Part shown: positions 8,647 through 18,029 of the stretch, piece by piece
How the letters are laid out: each line of letters begins with the position of its first letter
Position numbering within the stretch: the stretch's first letter is position 1
Assembly (NCBI GenBank): GCA_963777315.1
Contig: CAVZQC010000002.1
Coordinates: forward strand, 672,001-736,000
DNA from: Vulcanimicrobiota bacterium
GTDB lineage: Bacteria; Vulcanimicrobiota; Vulcanimicrobiia; Vulcanimicrobiales; Vulcanimicrobiaceae
Direction of reading: 5' to 3'
Length of the DNA stretch: 64,000 nt
The notes under the pieces: generated by a model
Told to the model about the DNA's origin: nothing
Database searches by the model: none
The model's input: the letters and a program-made list of their open reading frames with translations, nothing else
Translations under genes and position numbers: made by a program

Positions 8647-10962
8647 CTAAGGCAGCATGGGGCGCACCGTTGTCCGGGTGCCATCGGTCGTCACGGTGAC
8701 GGCGGCGTTCTCGTCGGTTCGGTAGGTGTGAGCGCCGAAGCGCAAAAGCGTTTCGATGGTGGACGGCGCCGGATGGCCGAACATGTTGTGGCGGCCGACC
8801 GAAACGATCGCATACCGGGGATGCGCGGCAGCGATGAAAGCAGGGCTACTGCTGTACGCCGATCCGTGGTGTCCGACCTTGAGCACATCCGCATGCAGAT
8901 CGATTCCTTCGCTTAAAAACCGCTGCTCCGCGGCAACACCCGCATCGCCGGTGAAGAGCATCCGGAACTGCTTGTACTGCAGGACGAAGGCGATGGAATT
9001 ATCGTTGATGGTGTTGTTGCTTTCGATGAGCGGCAGCGACGGGCCGATGAACGTGAGCGTTACGCCATCATCTGTTCGCCACACCATTCCCGCGCGCGGA
9101 TAAACGATGGGAACGTGTTCGCCGAGCGCAGTCTGAATCGCATCGTTGTACGCGTAACCACCATATCGCTGCCCGCTATCCGCAAGTTCCGAAACGGAAA
9201 AGGCGCGCAAGACCGGGGCGATTCCGCCGGCATGGTCTCCGTGAGGATGCGAAAGCAGCACGGCGTCCAATCTGCGCACTCCGACGCGCCGCAGGAACGG
9301 CACGACGATTCGTTCGCCGACCAGTTCCGCACTCGATCCGGCAGCCGTGCCGCGTTCCAGCCGTCCCCCGGCGTCGACCAGCAGCGTATGGCCGGCCGGC
9401 GTTTGAATGACGATACCGTCCGCCTGCCCAACATCCAGCACGGTGATGCGCAGACTCGTGTCCACGTGGAGTGGCGGTGTCATGACGACGGCGAACGCTA
9501 ACGCCGCCGCGAGCAGCGCCGGCGTGCGGGCGCCGCGTTTCCAACACCACACCGCCATCACCAAGCCGCAGTCATAACAGGCGATCGTCCACGCCGGCGG
9601 CGGCGTAACGGCAAGGGCGGCGTGCGGCAGCGTTGCAATCGTGTGCACGACGGCGACGATCCAAGCCAACACCCAGCTATTGACGTTGGCGAGAAGCTGC
9701 GCTATCGGGGAAAGCCGGTACGCGAGCAACTGCAGTGCGGCCAGGATCATCGTGACGCCTACTGCCGGCACGACGAGAAGGTTTGCGAGCAGCGCGTACG
9801 ATGAGAACATGAGAAAAATCGAGGCGGTCAGCGGCCACGTTCCGATTTGCGTGGCCGCGGTCAGAACGAGAGCCTCCTTCACTCGCTCGGGAACCGCGAG
9901 CGATTCGAGCAGCGGGCCGATCTGGTCCGAGAGCAGCAAAATCGCGCCTACGCAAGAGAACGAAAGCGCGAAGGAAGCGCTGCCGACGCTCTCGGGGCGC
10001 CACATTGCCAGCGCCGCCATCGCGATACCGTACGCATTCCAAGAAAGAGGCCGCGCTCCGGCTGCATAGGCCGCTAAACCGAACGTCGTCATCAGGGCGG
10101 CGCGCGTTGCCGGCAAATGCAGACCACCGAAAGCCGCATATCCCCAAATTGCAGCAGTCGCCACCGCGCAGGCTGCGACGCGTGGTACGGTGAGTGCGCG
10201 CAGCAGCGCCATTACAACCAGCGCGACGATACCCAGATGCAGGCCGGCGGTCACGAGCACATGCACCGTTCCCGTTTCCTGAAACTCTGCGCGCAGATCG
10301 GGGGCCAAGGCGGCCCGTTCACCCCACAGTTCTCCCGCGACGATCGAAGCGTACGGTTCGGCAATGCGCGCGCGCAACTGCGCGAGCGTCCACTCGTGCA
10401 TGTGAGCCAACGCGATCGGGATCGTAAGGTTGGCCACGGGCAAAGTCGCCAACACGTGCGCGCCGCTCATGCGCGCATCCAGGCCGCGCTCGCGCTCGAT
10501 GCGGGCTTGATCCGGCTCGCCGGGGTTACGCGGTCCGTCGAACGGCTCGAGCCGCCCGCGAAGCAGCACGTGCGCGCCGACTGCCGGAGCGGTGCCCACT
10601 CCATTGACGGCAAGCGCCGGGCCGCGATCGCAAGCGCAGGTATATGCCGCAGCGCCATTGCCGGATTGCGCGAGATCGAGCACGGTGCATGCAACCCGCG
10701 CCGTATGCGCTCGCACTGCGGCGTATCCGGTCGGCAGGTGCTGCAGCGTTCCGCTGGTCGCGCCGGCTGCTAGGGCGAAAGCTGCAAACAGTCGAAATCG
10801 CTCCGGCTGCGCCCTGCGTATCATGCCGTCTGCGCAAAAGAACGCAATGGCAGCGAGCAGAAGGATGCGAACGGTGCCGTCAATCGGCTGGGTGAGCGCT
10901 GCACCGGCTGCAGCGGACAAGCCCACGACCAGCAGCGGGCGGCGTGCCATCGCAAAACCCAT
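8647..10962 (-). CDS. comEC: DNA internalization competence protein ComEC/Rec2
   Basis: OB region 'PRNPGE', competence domain 'HVLVTAGLHLG', 'LDVGQADG', 'SHPHGDHAGG', 'KVGHHGS'. Confidence 0.95.
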   Translation of the reverse strand: MGFAMARRPLLVVGLSAAAGAALTQPIDGTVRILLLAAIAFFCADGMIRRAQPERFRLFAAFALAAGATSGTLQHLPTGYAAVRAHTARVACTVLDLAQSGNGAAAYTCACDRGPALAVNGVGTAPAVGAHVLLRGRLEPFDGPRNPGEPDQARIERERGLDARMSGAHVLATLPVANLTIPIALAHMHEWTLAQLRARIAEPYASIVAGELWGERAALAPDLRAEFQETGTVHVLVTAGLHLGIVALVVMALLRALTVPRVAACAVATAAIWGYAAFGGLHLPATRAALMTTFGLAAYAAGARPLSWNAYGIAMAALAMWRPESVGSASFALSFSCVGAILLLSDQIGPLLESLAVPERVKEALVLTAATQIGTWPLTASIFLMFSSYALLANLLVVPAVGVTMILAALQLLAYRLSPIAQLLANVNSWVLAWIVAVVHTIATLPHAALAVTPPPAWTIACYDCGLVMAVWCWKRGARTPALLAAALAFAVVMTPPLHVDTSLRITVLDVGQADGIVIQTPAGHTLLVDAGGRLERGTAAGSSAELVGERIVVPFLRRVGVRRLDAVLLSHPHGDHAGGIAPVLRAFSVSELADSGQRYGGYAYNDAIQTALGEHVPIVYPRAGMVWRTDDGVTLTFIGPSLPLIESNNTINDNSIAFVLQYKQFRMLFTGDAGVAAEQRFLSEGIDLHADVLKVGHHGSAYSSSPAFIAAAHPRYAIVSVGRHNMFGHPAPSTIETLLRFGAHTYRTDENAAVTVTTDGTRTTVRPMLP

Positions 10963-10995
10963 CGCGACGGCGACGCGGTAAGTAAAGGGGAAGAC

Positions 10996-11928
10996 GTGCG
11001 GATTTTAGTTACCGGAGGCGCCGGGTTCATCGGTTCCCACGTGGTGGATGCGTACCTATCGAGCGGCCACGAGGTGTTGGTGGTCGATTCGCTGTGGGAG
11101 CACGGCGGCGGCCGCCGCGAAAACGTCCCCGCGAGCGCGAGCTTTACCCAGATGGACGTGAGAGATTCGGACCTCTCACATGTTTTCGAAAAATTCGAGC
11201 CGGAAATCGTCAATCATCATGCCGCGCAGCACAGCGTCGCCATCAGCTCGCGCGATCCGCGTTATGATGCGGACGTCAACGTCATGGGATTGCTCAACGT
11301 GCTGGACAATTGCGTCAAGAGCGGCGTGCGCAAGGTGCTGTTCGCATCGAGCGGCGCCACCTTCGGAACGCCGGATCGCCTGCCGATGGACGAACGCACG
11401 CCGCAGCACCCCGAGTCTCCATACGGCATCACCAAGATGGTGTCCGAACACTATTTACGGTTTTACAATGCCGAGCACGGCCTGGACTATACGGCGCTTC
11501 GCTACGGCAACGTATACGGTCCGCGTCAGGATCCCAACGGCGAAGCGGGCGTCATCGCGATTTTCATCGGCAAGTTCCTGGCAAGACAAGGCGTGCGAAT
11601 CGATTGGGACGGCGAACAGACGCGCGATTACGTGTACGTCAAGGACGTTGCGCGAGCCAACGTGCTCGCGCTCGATCGCGGTTCGACGGGGCGATACTGC
11701 ATCGGCACCAACCGGCGCACCAGCGTGAACGAACTCTACCGCGCGCTGGTCGAAATCAGCGGCTTTGCAGCGCCGGTTACGCACGCACCCCGAAGGCCGG
11801 GCGACGCGCGCGACGCACAATTCGATCCCGCGCTCGCAAAGGCCGAACTTGGCTGGCGGCCCGCCACGCAGCTCATCGACGGAATGCGCGAAACCTTCGA
11901 GTACTTCAAGACCGCTCTGCCGGCGTGA
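10996..11928 (+). CDS. NAD-dependent epimerase (UDP-glucose 4-epimerase-like)
   Basis: 'ILVTGGAGFIGSH', 'SPYGITK', 'LRYGNVYGPRQ'. Confidence 0.93.
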   Translation: MRILVTGGAGFIGSHVVDAYLSSGHEVLVVDSLWEHGGGRRENVPASASFTQMDVRDSDLSHVFEKFEPEIVNHHAAQHSVAISSRDPRYDADVNVMGLLNVLDNCVKSGVRKVLFASSGATFGTPDRLPMDERTPQHPESPYGITKMVSEHYLRFYNAEHGLDYTALRYGNVYGPRQDPNGEAGVIAIFIGKFLARQGVRIDWDGEQTRDYVYVKDVARANVLALDRGSTGRYCIGTNRRTSVNELYRALVEISGFAAPVTHAPRRPGDARDAQFDPALAKAELGWRPATQLIDGMRETFEYFKTALPA

Positions 11929-13004
11929 GAAACGTTCCGCCGCCCTGGCTCGTACGCGCGATCACGCGCTGCGCCGACGTACTGGCGAAGCTGCGCCGCC
12001 GTCTGCTGCCTGCGCCGTTCGCGGCTCTGGAACTCGGCACGATGTCGTGGGTTTCGCTGGCCGTTGCCGCGTTCTGCGAACTCGGCTTGCCCGATGCGCT
12101 CGCGGACGGCGCATACACGCCCGATGAACTCGCGGACAAAGGCTTTGGCGAGCAAGCGCGACTTTTCCGTCTGCTGCGCGCACTCGCGGGCTACGGCGTG
12201 GTGCGCTATGCCGGCAAGGGCCGCTTCACGCTGGGCTACGCCGGTTTGGGGCTCGTCGGAGACAACTCCATGGGCGCGATGATCCGGTATGCAAACGCCC
12301 CGTGGCACCTGCAGGCGTACACGCAACTCGCGCAAGCGGTCCGTACGCAGCGCTCCGGATTCGAGTTAAGCCAAGGTAAGTCGATGTTCGAATACCTTAC
12401 GAGCGACCAGAGCGCAGGCGTGACCTTCGATGCGGCCATGCAGTCGCTCACGAGCCTGTACGCGCCCGCGCTTGCGCAAGCGTATGATTTCTCGCGATTC
12501 GCGCGTATCGTCGATATCGGCGGCGGCAGCGGAAGCGTGCTTGCGACGATCTTGGGGCGCTTCCGGCGAGTGCGCGGAACGCTTTTCGAACTTCCGGCCG
12601 TCGCGCAACGCGCGCGCGAGCGCGGGATGAGCGAACGAATCGACGTCGTGGAAGGCGACATCCGCGTCGACGTACCGCCGCCTGCGGATGCGTACATCCT
12701 CAGCCACGTGCTGCATGACTGGGACGACGACTCGTGCGTGCGCATGCTGCAGAACGTGCGGCGGGCGCTTGGAGCGGCCGCGCGCGTCTTGGTGTTTGAG
12801 ATTGTCGCGCCGCCGCCCAATAACTCGTGGTCGCAGGACCGCATCACCGACTTGGAAATGCTCGCCATGCTGTCGGGAAGAGAGAGAACGCGCGAAGATT
12901 TTGCAGCGCTGTTTGCACGCGCAGGGTTGTGGCTGCGGCGAATCGTCCCTACGTCCGCGCCGGAATCGATTCTGGAAGGCGTTCCGACGGCCGGTTCAGG
13001 CTGA
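11925..13004 (+). CDS. SAM-dependent O-methyltransferase (family 2)
   Basis: 'IVDIGGGSG', 'YILSHVLHDWDD', 'GRERT'; GTGA overlap. Confidence 0.9.
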   Translation: MRNVPPPWLVRAITRCADVLAKLRRRLLPAPFAALELGTMSWVSLAVAAFCELGLPDALADGAYTPDELADKGFGEQARLFRLLRALAGYGVVRYAGKGRFTLGYAGLGLVGDNSMGAMIRYANAPWHLQAYTQLAQAVRTQRSGFELSQGKSMFEYLTSDQSAGVTFDAAMQSLTSLYAPALAQAYDFSRFARIVDIGGGSGSVLATILGRFRRVRGTLFELPAVAQRARERGMSERIDVVEGDIRVDVPPPADAYILSHVLHDWDDDSCVRMLQNVRRALGAAARVLVFEIVAPPPNNSWSQDRITDLEMLAMLSGRERTREDFAALFARAGLWLRRIVPTSAPESILEGVPTAGSG

Positions 13005-15467
13005 AACCACCAAGTTGAGCAGCTTATCCGGGACGTAAATACGTTTGCGTACTTGCTTGCCGTCGAGATGCGCCCGCACGCCGGGCTGCTCGAGCGCCAG
13101 CGAGAACGCGCGTTCCTCGTCGAGCCCCGGCGAGACCTGAAGGCGCGCTCGAACCTTACCGTTGATTTGCACCACGAGCGTAATCTCGTCCAGTGCCAGC
13201 GCGCCTTCGTCGGGTTCCAGGAATGGCTCTCGATGTATCGACTGCGAGTGCCCCAGCCGCTCCCAGAGTTCATCGGCGATGTGCGGGGCAAAGGGCGCCA
13301 TTACCAGCGGTAACGCATGAACTGCGTACAGGACGACTCTAGAATCCGGATCCGTTTGCAGCAAGGCGGTGAGCGCGTTGACGTACTCGTCGAGTTTGGC
13401 AATGGTCGTATTGTAATGAAAGCGGCGCGAAAGGGTTTCGTCGATTGCGGATTTGGCCGCCACGTGCACGGCGCGCAGCAAATCCTTTTCCCGCTGCGAT
13501 TGCGAGGCCGGCATTGCACGAACGTCGACGGCGCCGGCGCGCTGCGCCAGCGGAGCGCACGCGCGCCACACGCGATTGAGAAAACGGACGCGGCCCGATA
13601 TGCCCGCCTCGGTCCAGTCGCTGGTGTCTTCGGGCGGCGTGACGTACAGCAGGAACAATCGCATCGCGTCGACGCCGTTGCGTTCGGCCGTCTGATCGAT
13701 GCCGACGACGTTGCCGCGCGATTTGCTCATCTTCTCGCCGTGATAGAGCAGCATGCCCTGATGGAACAAGCGCGCGAACGGCTCGTTCGAGCCGGTCACC
13801 CAGCCGCGATCGTGAAAAAACTTGTAAAAAAAACGCGAGTAGAGCAAGTGCAGCACGGCATGCTCGGCTCCGCCGATGTACTGGTCGACGCTCATCCAGT
13901 ACTGCGCGCTGCGAAGTTCCCAGGGCTCACGGTCATTCCGAGGATCCAGATAGCGCAGATAATACCACGACGATTCGAAGAAGGTGTCCATCGTATCGCT
14001 CTCGCGTTTGGCCGGGCCGGCGCACTTCGGACACGCAGCGTTGAGAAACTCGGCATCGCGCGCGAGCGGCGAACCTTCGCCCGTGATAGGAACGTTCGCC
14101 GGAAGCACTACGGGCAGATCGCCGTCCGGCACGGCGACTTCGCCGCACCGCTCGCAATACACGATCGGAATCGGCGTTCCCCAATACCGCTGGCGTGAGA
14201 CCAGCCAGTCGCGCAGGCGGAAGTGAACTTGTCGTTCGGCAATGCCGAACGACGCTAGCCGGTCGGTCATCGCGGTGCGCGCTCGCGCGCTGGACATGCC
14301 GGTGAAGTCACCGCTGGCAATCAGCCTGCCGTCCTCGACGAACGCTTGCGCAAGCGGGATTTGCAGCGTACCGGCCGGATCGGTCACCACCTGCGCTATA
14401 GGCAGTCCGTGCTTGCGGGCAAATTCGAAATCACGCTCGTCGTGCGCCGGCACGCCCATCACCGCGCCCGTGCCGTATTCGGCCAGCACGTAGTTGGTGA
14501 CCCAAATCGGCACCCGTTCGTGGGACAGCGGATTGACGGCGTAGGCGCCGGTGAAGACGCCTTGCTTTTCCAGCAAACTGGTGCGTTCGAGTTCCGACTT
14601 GGCTTTCACGTTTTCGGCGAACTCCGCGACGGCCGCCGCGTGTCGTTTGGCGACGATCTCCTGCACGATCGGATGCTCGGGCGCGACGGCTAGATACGTT
14701 GCGCCGAACAGCGTGTCGATGCGGGTCGTAAAGACTTCGATGCGCGCGCCGGAGTTTTCGACTCCAAACGAAAACTGCGTGCCGGCGCTTCGTCCGATCC
14801 AATTGCGCTGCATCGTGCGGGTGCGTTCGGGCCAGCCGCCGAGCTCGTCGAGGTCGTTCAGCAACCGATCGGCGTAGGCGGTGATCTTCAGGAACCACTG
14901 GGAAAGGTTGCGCCGCTCGACCAGGTGATCGCAGCGCCAGCATCGTCCGTCGATCACTTGTTCGTTGGCGAGAACGGTGCGATCGTTGGGGCACCAGTTG
15001 ACGGGCGCCTCGCGTTTGTACGCCAAACCGTTTTCATAGAGGCGCAAAAACAGCCACTGGTTCCAGCGATAGTATTGCGGGTCGCACGTCGCGATCTCGC
15101 GGCTCCAATCGTAGCCGGTCCCCATCAGGCGCACTTGCCGCTGCATGTTGGCAATGTTCTCTCGCGTCCAGACGTTGGGGTCCGCGCCGCGCTGAATGGC
15201 GGCGTTTTCGGCCGGCAACCCGAACGCATCCCAGCCCATGGGATGCAGTACGTTGTAACCCAGCATGCGCATCATGCGCGCCACGGCATCCCCGAACGTA
15301 TAGTTTTTGGCGTGTCCCACGTGCAAGTCGCCCGAAGGATACGGCAGCATCTCGAGCACGTAATATTTCGTACGCGCCGAATCTTCGCGGGCGCGGTACA
15401 CGCCCGTAGCTTCCCAGCGCTCTTGCCATTTCCGTTCGATCGCGCGGTAGTCGTAGACTTCGGGCAT
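12996..15467 (-). CDS. leuS: leucine--tRNA ligase
   Basis: 'MLPYPSGDLHVGH', 'GTGAVMGVPAHD', 'KMSKS'. Confidence 0.98.
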   Translation of the reverse strand: MPEVYDYRAIERKWQERWEATGVYRAREDSARTKYYVLEMLPYPSGDLHVGHAKNYTFGDAVARMMRMLGYNVLHPMGWDAFGLPAENAAIQRGADPNVWTRENIANMQRQVRLMGTGYDWSREIATCDPQYYRWNQWLFLRLYENGLAYKREAPVNWCPNDRTVLANEQVIDGRCWRCDHLVERRNLSQWFLKITAYADRLLNDLDELGGWPERTRTMQRNWIGRSAGTQFSFGVENSGARIEVFTTRIDTLFGATYLAVAPEHPIVQEIVAKRHAAAVAEFAENVKAKSELERTSLLEKQGVFTGAYAVNPLSHERVPIWVTNYVLAEYGTGAVMGVPAHDERDFEFARKHGLPIAQVVTDPAGTLQIPLAQAFVEDGRLIASGDFTGMSSARARTAMTDRLASFGIAERQVHFRLRDWLVSRQRYWGTPIPIVYCERCGEVAVPDGDLPVVLPANVPITGEGSPLARDAEFLNAACPKCAGPAKRESDTMDTFFESSWYYLRYLDPRNDREPWELRSAQYWMSVDQYIGGAEHAVLHLLYSRFFYKFFHDRGWVTGSNEPFARLFHQGMLLYHGEKMSKSRGNVVGIDQTAERNGVDAMRLFLLYVTPPEDTSDWTEAGISGRVRFLNRVWRACAPLAQRAGAVDVRAMPASQSQREKDLLRAVHVAAKSAIDETLSRRFHYNTTIAKLDEYVNALTALLQTDPDSRVVLYAVHALPLVMAPFAPHIADELWERLGHSQSIHREPFLEPDEGALALDEITLVVQINGKVRARLQVSPGLDEERAFSLALEQPGVRAHLDGKQVRKRIYVPDKLLNLVVSA

Positions 15468-15536
15468 GCAAGGGTGTTATCGAGAGCGGGACCCGGCGCC
15501 CTTTCGCAGCCTTCGCTCGCGCGTGAAAAATCAGGC

Positions 15537-16157
15537 ATGAACCGCATATTTCTGCTCGGCGCCGCTGCGCTGGTGGTAGCGCTTGCATTTTGGCATCCGG
15601 CCGCGCCCCCTGCGCCGGTAGCGGTCGTTGCAGCGCAGACCGCCCGATTCCATGGTTCAGCGCCAAAACGCCGCCGTGGTGCCATTTCGAGCCAAAGCGT
15701 GGTGGTCTACGTCGCAGGCGCGGTCGAACGTCCCGGACTGTATACGCTCGCTTCCAGCGCGCGCGTAAACGATGCCGTCGCGCGCGCGGGCGGTTTGCGT
15801 TCGGATGCGGATGCCGACGCGATCGATCTGGCCGAACACGTCACCGACGGCGAAGAGATCCGCGCGCTGCGCATCGGCGAGCCGGCGCCCCGGGCCGCGC
15901 ACCGTCACACCGCCCGGCGTCGTCCCTCACGCAAAGCTCGCGTACCGGTGGGCGTTATCGACGTCAATACCGCCGATGCGTCGGCGCTGACCGCGCTTCC
16001 GGGCGTCGGCACGACGTTGGCAGAACGCATCGTCGAATACCGCCGCGTCAACGGCCCGTTTGCCTCACTGGACGAACTCGCCGACGTTGCAGGCATGACG
16101 CAGCGCCGCATCGACGCGATCGCGCCGTATCTTGCGCTGCATGATGCCTCGCAGTGA
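15537..16157 (+). CDS. comEA: ComEA DNA-binding protein (SLBB + HhH)
   Basis: 'VYVAGAVERPGLY', 'IDVNTADASALTALPGVGTTLAERIVEYR..NGPF'. Confidence 0.92.
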   Translation: MNRIFLLGAAALVVALAFWHPAAPPAPVAVVAAQTARFHGSAPKRRRGAISSQSVVVYVAGAVERPGLYTLASSARVNDAVARAGGLRSDADADAIDLAEHVTDGEEIRALRIGEPAPRAAHRHTARRRPSRKARVPVGVIDVNTADASALTALPGVGTTLAERIVEYRRVNGPFASLDELADVAGMTQRRIDAIAPYLALHDASQ

Positions 16158-16175
16158 GGCGCGAACCCCGCGAAA

Positions 16176-17981
16176 ATGACAGGGGATGCTGCAGTCTCCC
16201 CGCCGGAAACGCTTCCCGCGCTCATCCGCCGTTCGCTCGCGCCCGAGCGCGACGCAGTGCTCATCGAACGGCTCCACGGTCAGTGGTCGCCGACTTCCAG
16301 CGGTCGGTTGCTCACGCGCGTCACGCATTTGGCGTGCGCCATTCGAGACGCGGGTCTGCAGAGCGGCGATCGCGTTGCCCTAATCGCCGCAGATTGCGTG
16401 GATTGGATCGTTGCCGATTTCGCGACCCTTTTCGCCGGCTGTGTGATCGTCCCGATTTTTCCGACGCAGGCGCCGGATCAAATCGCCTACATGCTGCGGG
16501 ATTCGCAAGCCAAGTTGATTTTCGCGGACACCGTTCAGGCCGAGCAGCGCCTTCGCGCTTTGCCCGTCGCCCTGCCGCAACTAGTCGTGTTCGCAAGCAC
16601 GCAAGCCGATTCGCTGGCCGCTTTTGAATCGCGCGGCGCGGAAGCGCACCAAGCGCATCCGGACTGGACGCGCACGTTCGAAGACGAAATCGAACCGCAA
16701 AATATGGCCGTGCTGATCTACACCTCGGGCACAACCGGCGAACCCAAAGGGGTGATGCTGTCGCATCGCAACGTCGGCTTTACTGCGCAGTCGTCGTTCA
16801 GCCACGCCTTCAGCGTGCTGACCCCCGGCAGCGACGTGCTGTCCGTGCTGCCGTTTTCGCACATCTACGAACACTGCATCCTCTACGGCTATCTGCTGGC
16901 CGGCGTTCATCATTACATTTGCCGCAGCGTGGAAGAGCTGCTCGCCGATCTGCAGTCGGTTCGTCCGGTGGCGATGACGGCGGTTCCGCGCATTTTCGAG
17001 CGCATGCTGGCCGGAGTGACGGCGAAAGCGAAAGTGCACGGGGGCCTGGCGGCAAAGCTGGTGCCGTGGGCGCTGGCGGTGGGACGCGATTACATGGCCG
17101 CAAAGACCCGGGGAACGCGGCCCGGCATTGCATTGGAGCTGCGCTACGCAGCAGCGAACGCGCTGGTGCTCAAGAAACTGCGTCCTCGGTTGGGACTGGA
17201 TCGCGTCAAGTTCCTGGTGAGCGGATCGGCGCCGCTGCACTTCGATACGGCGATGACTATGCTTGCGGCCGGCGTGCCCATCATCGAAGGCTACGGGCCC
17301 ACCGAATGTTCGCCGGTCATCACGGTAAACACGTACGACGACAATCGATACGGCACCGTCGGGCGCCCGATACCGGGCGTCGAAATCAAGCTCGCGCAAG
17401 ACGGCGAGATCCTCGCGCGTGGCCCCAACGTGATGCTGGGATATTACGGCAATCCGGCGGCTACGGCGCAAGCGATCGAAGACGGCTGGTATCACACCGG
17501 CGACGTCGGAAGTATCGACTCCGATGGGTTCCTTCGCATAACGGATCGCAAAAAGGAGCTGTTCAAAACGTCCGGCGGAAAGTTCGTAGCGCCCTCCCGC
17601 GTGGAAGCCGCGATCAAACGATCCGTGTACGTCAATCAAGTCATGGTCGTGGGCGATTCCCGTCCGCACCCAACCGCGCTGGTTTCACCCAACTGGGAAC
17701 TGGTTCGTTCGGAATTAGCGATAGAGCCGTCGGTTTCGGCGCAAGATTTGGCCGGCAGGCAAGACGTGATCGATTTTCTGACCGCGCAGGTTCACAAGAA
17801 TACCGCCGATTTGGCAAAGTTCGAGCAGGTGCGCAAGATCGCGGTGCTGCCGGTGGACCTGTCCATTGAAGAAGGCGATCTTTCCCCGACGCTCAAGGTA
17901 AAACGGCGCGTCGTCGAAGACAAGTACGCGCACGAAATAGAGCGTCTGTACGCGCATCCCGCGCATCGCGCCGCCGTGTAG
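16176..17981 (+). CDS. long-chain fatty acid--CoA ligase
   Basis: 'IYTSGTTGEPKG', 'EGYGPTE', 'WYHTGDVG', 'DRKKELFKTSGGK'. Confidence 0.93.
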   Translation: MTGDAAVSPPETLPALIRRSLAPERDAVLIERLHGQWSPTSSGRLLTRVTHLACAIRDAGLQSGDRVALIAADCVDWIVADFATLFAGCVIVPIFPTQAPDQIAYMLRDSQAKLIFADTVQAEQRLRALPVALPQLVVFASTQADSLAAFESRGAEAHQAHPDWTRTFEDEIEPQNMAVLIYTSGTTGEPKGVMLSHRNVGFTAQSSFSHAFSVLTPGSDVLSVLPFSHIYEHCILYGYLLAGVHHYICRSVEELLADLQSVRPVAMTAVPRIFERMLAGVTAKAKVHGGLAAKLVPWALAVGRDYMAAKTRGTRPGIALELRYAAANALVLKKLRPRLGLDRVKFLVSGSAPLHFDTAMTMLAAGVPIIEGYGPTECSPVITVNTYDDNRYGTVGRPIPGVEIKLAQDGEILARGPNVMLGYYGNPAATAQAIEDGWYHTGDVGSIDSDGFLRITDRKKELFKTSGGKFVAPSRVEAAIKRSVYVNQVMVVGDSRPHPTALVSPNWELVRSELAIEPSVSAQDLAGRQDVIDFLTAQVHKNTADLAKFEQVRKIAVLPVDLSIEEGDLSPTLKVKRRVVEDKYAHEIERLYAHPAHRAAV

Positions 17982-18029
17982 CCTGTTACAAAAGCAGGGC
18001 CGCCGCGCGCTTCGCGGCAATACCGTTTT

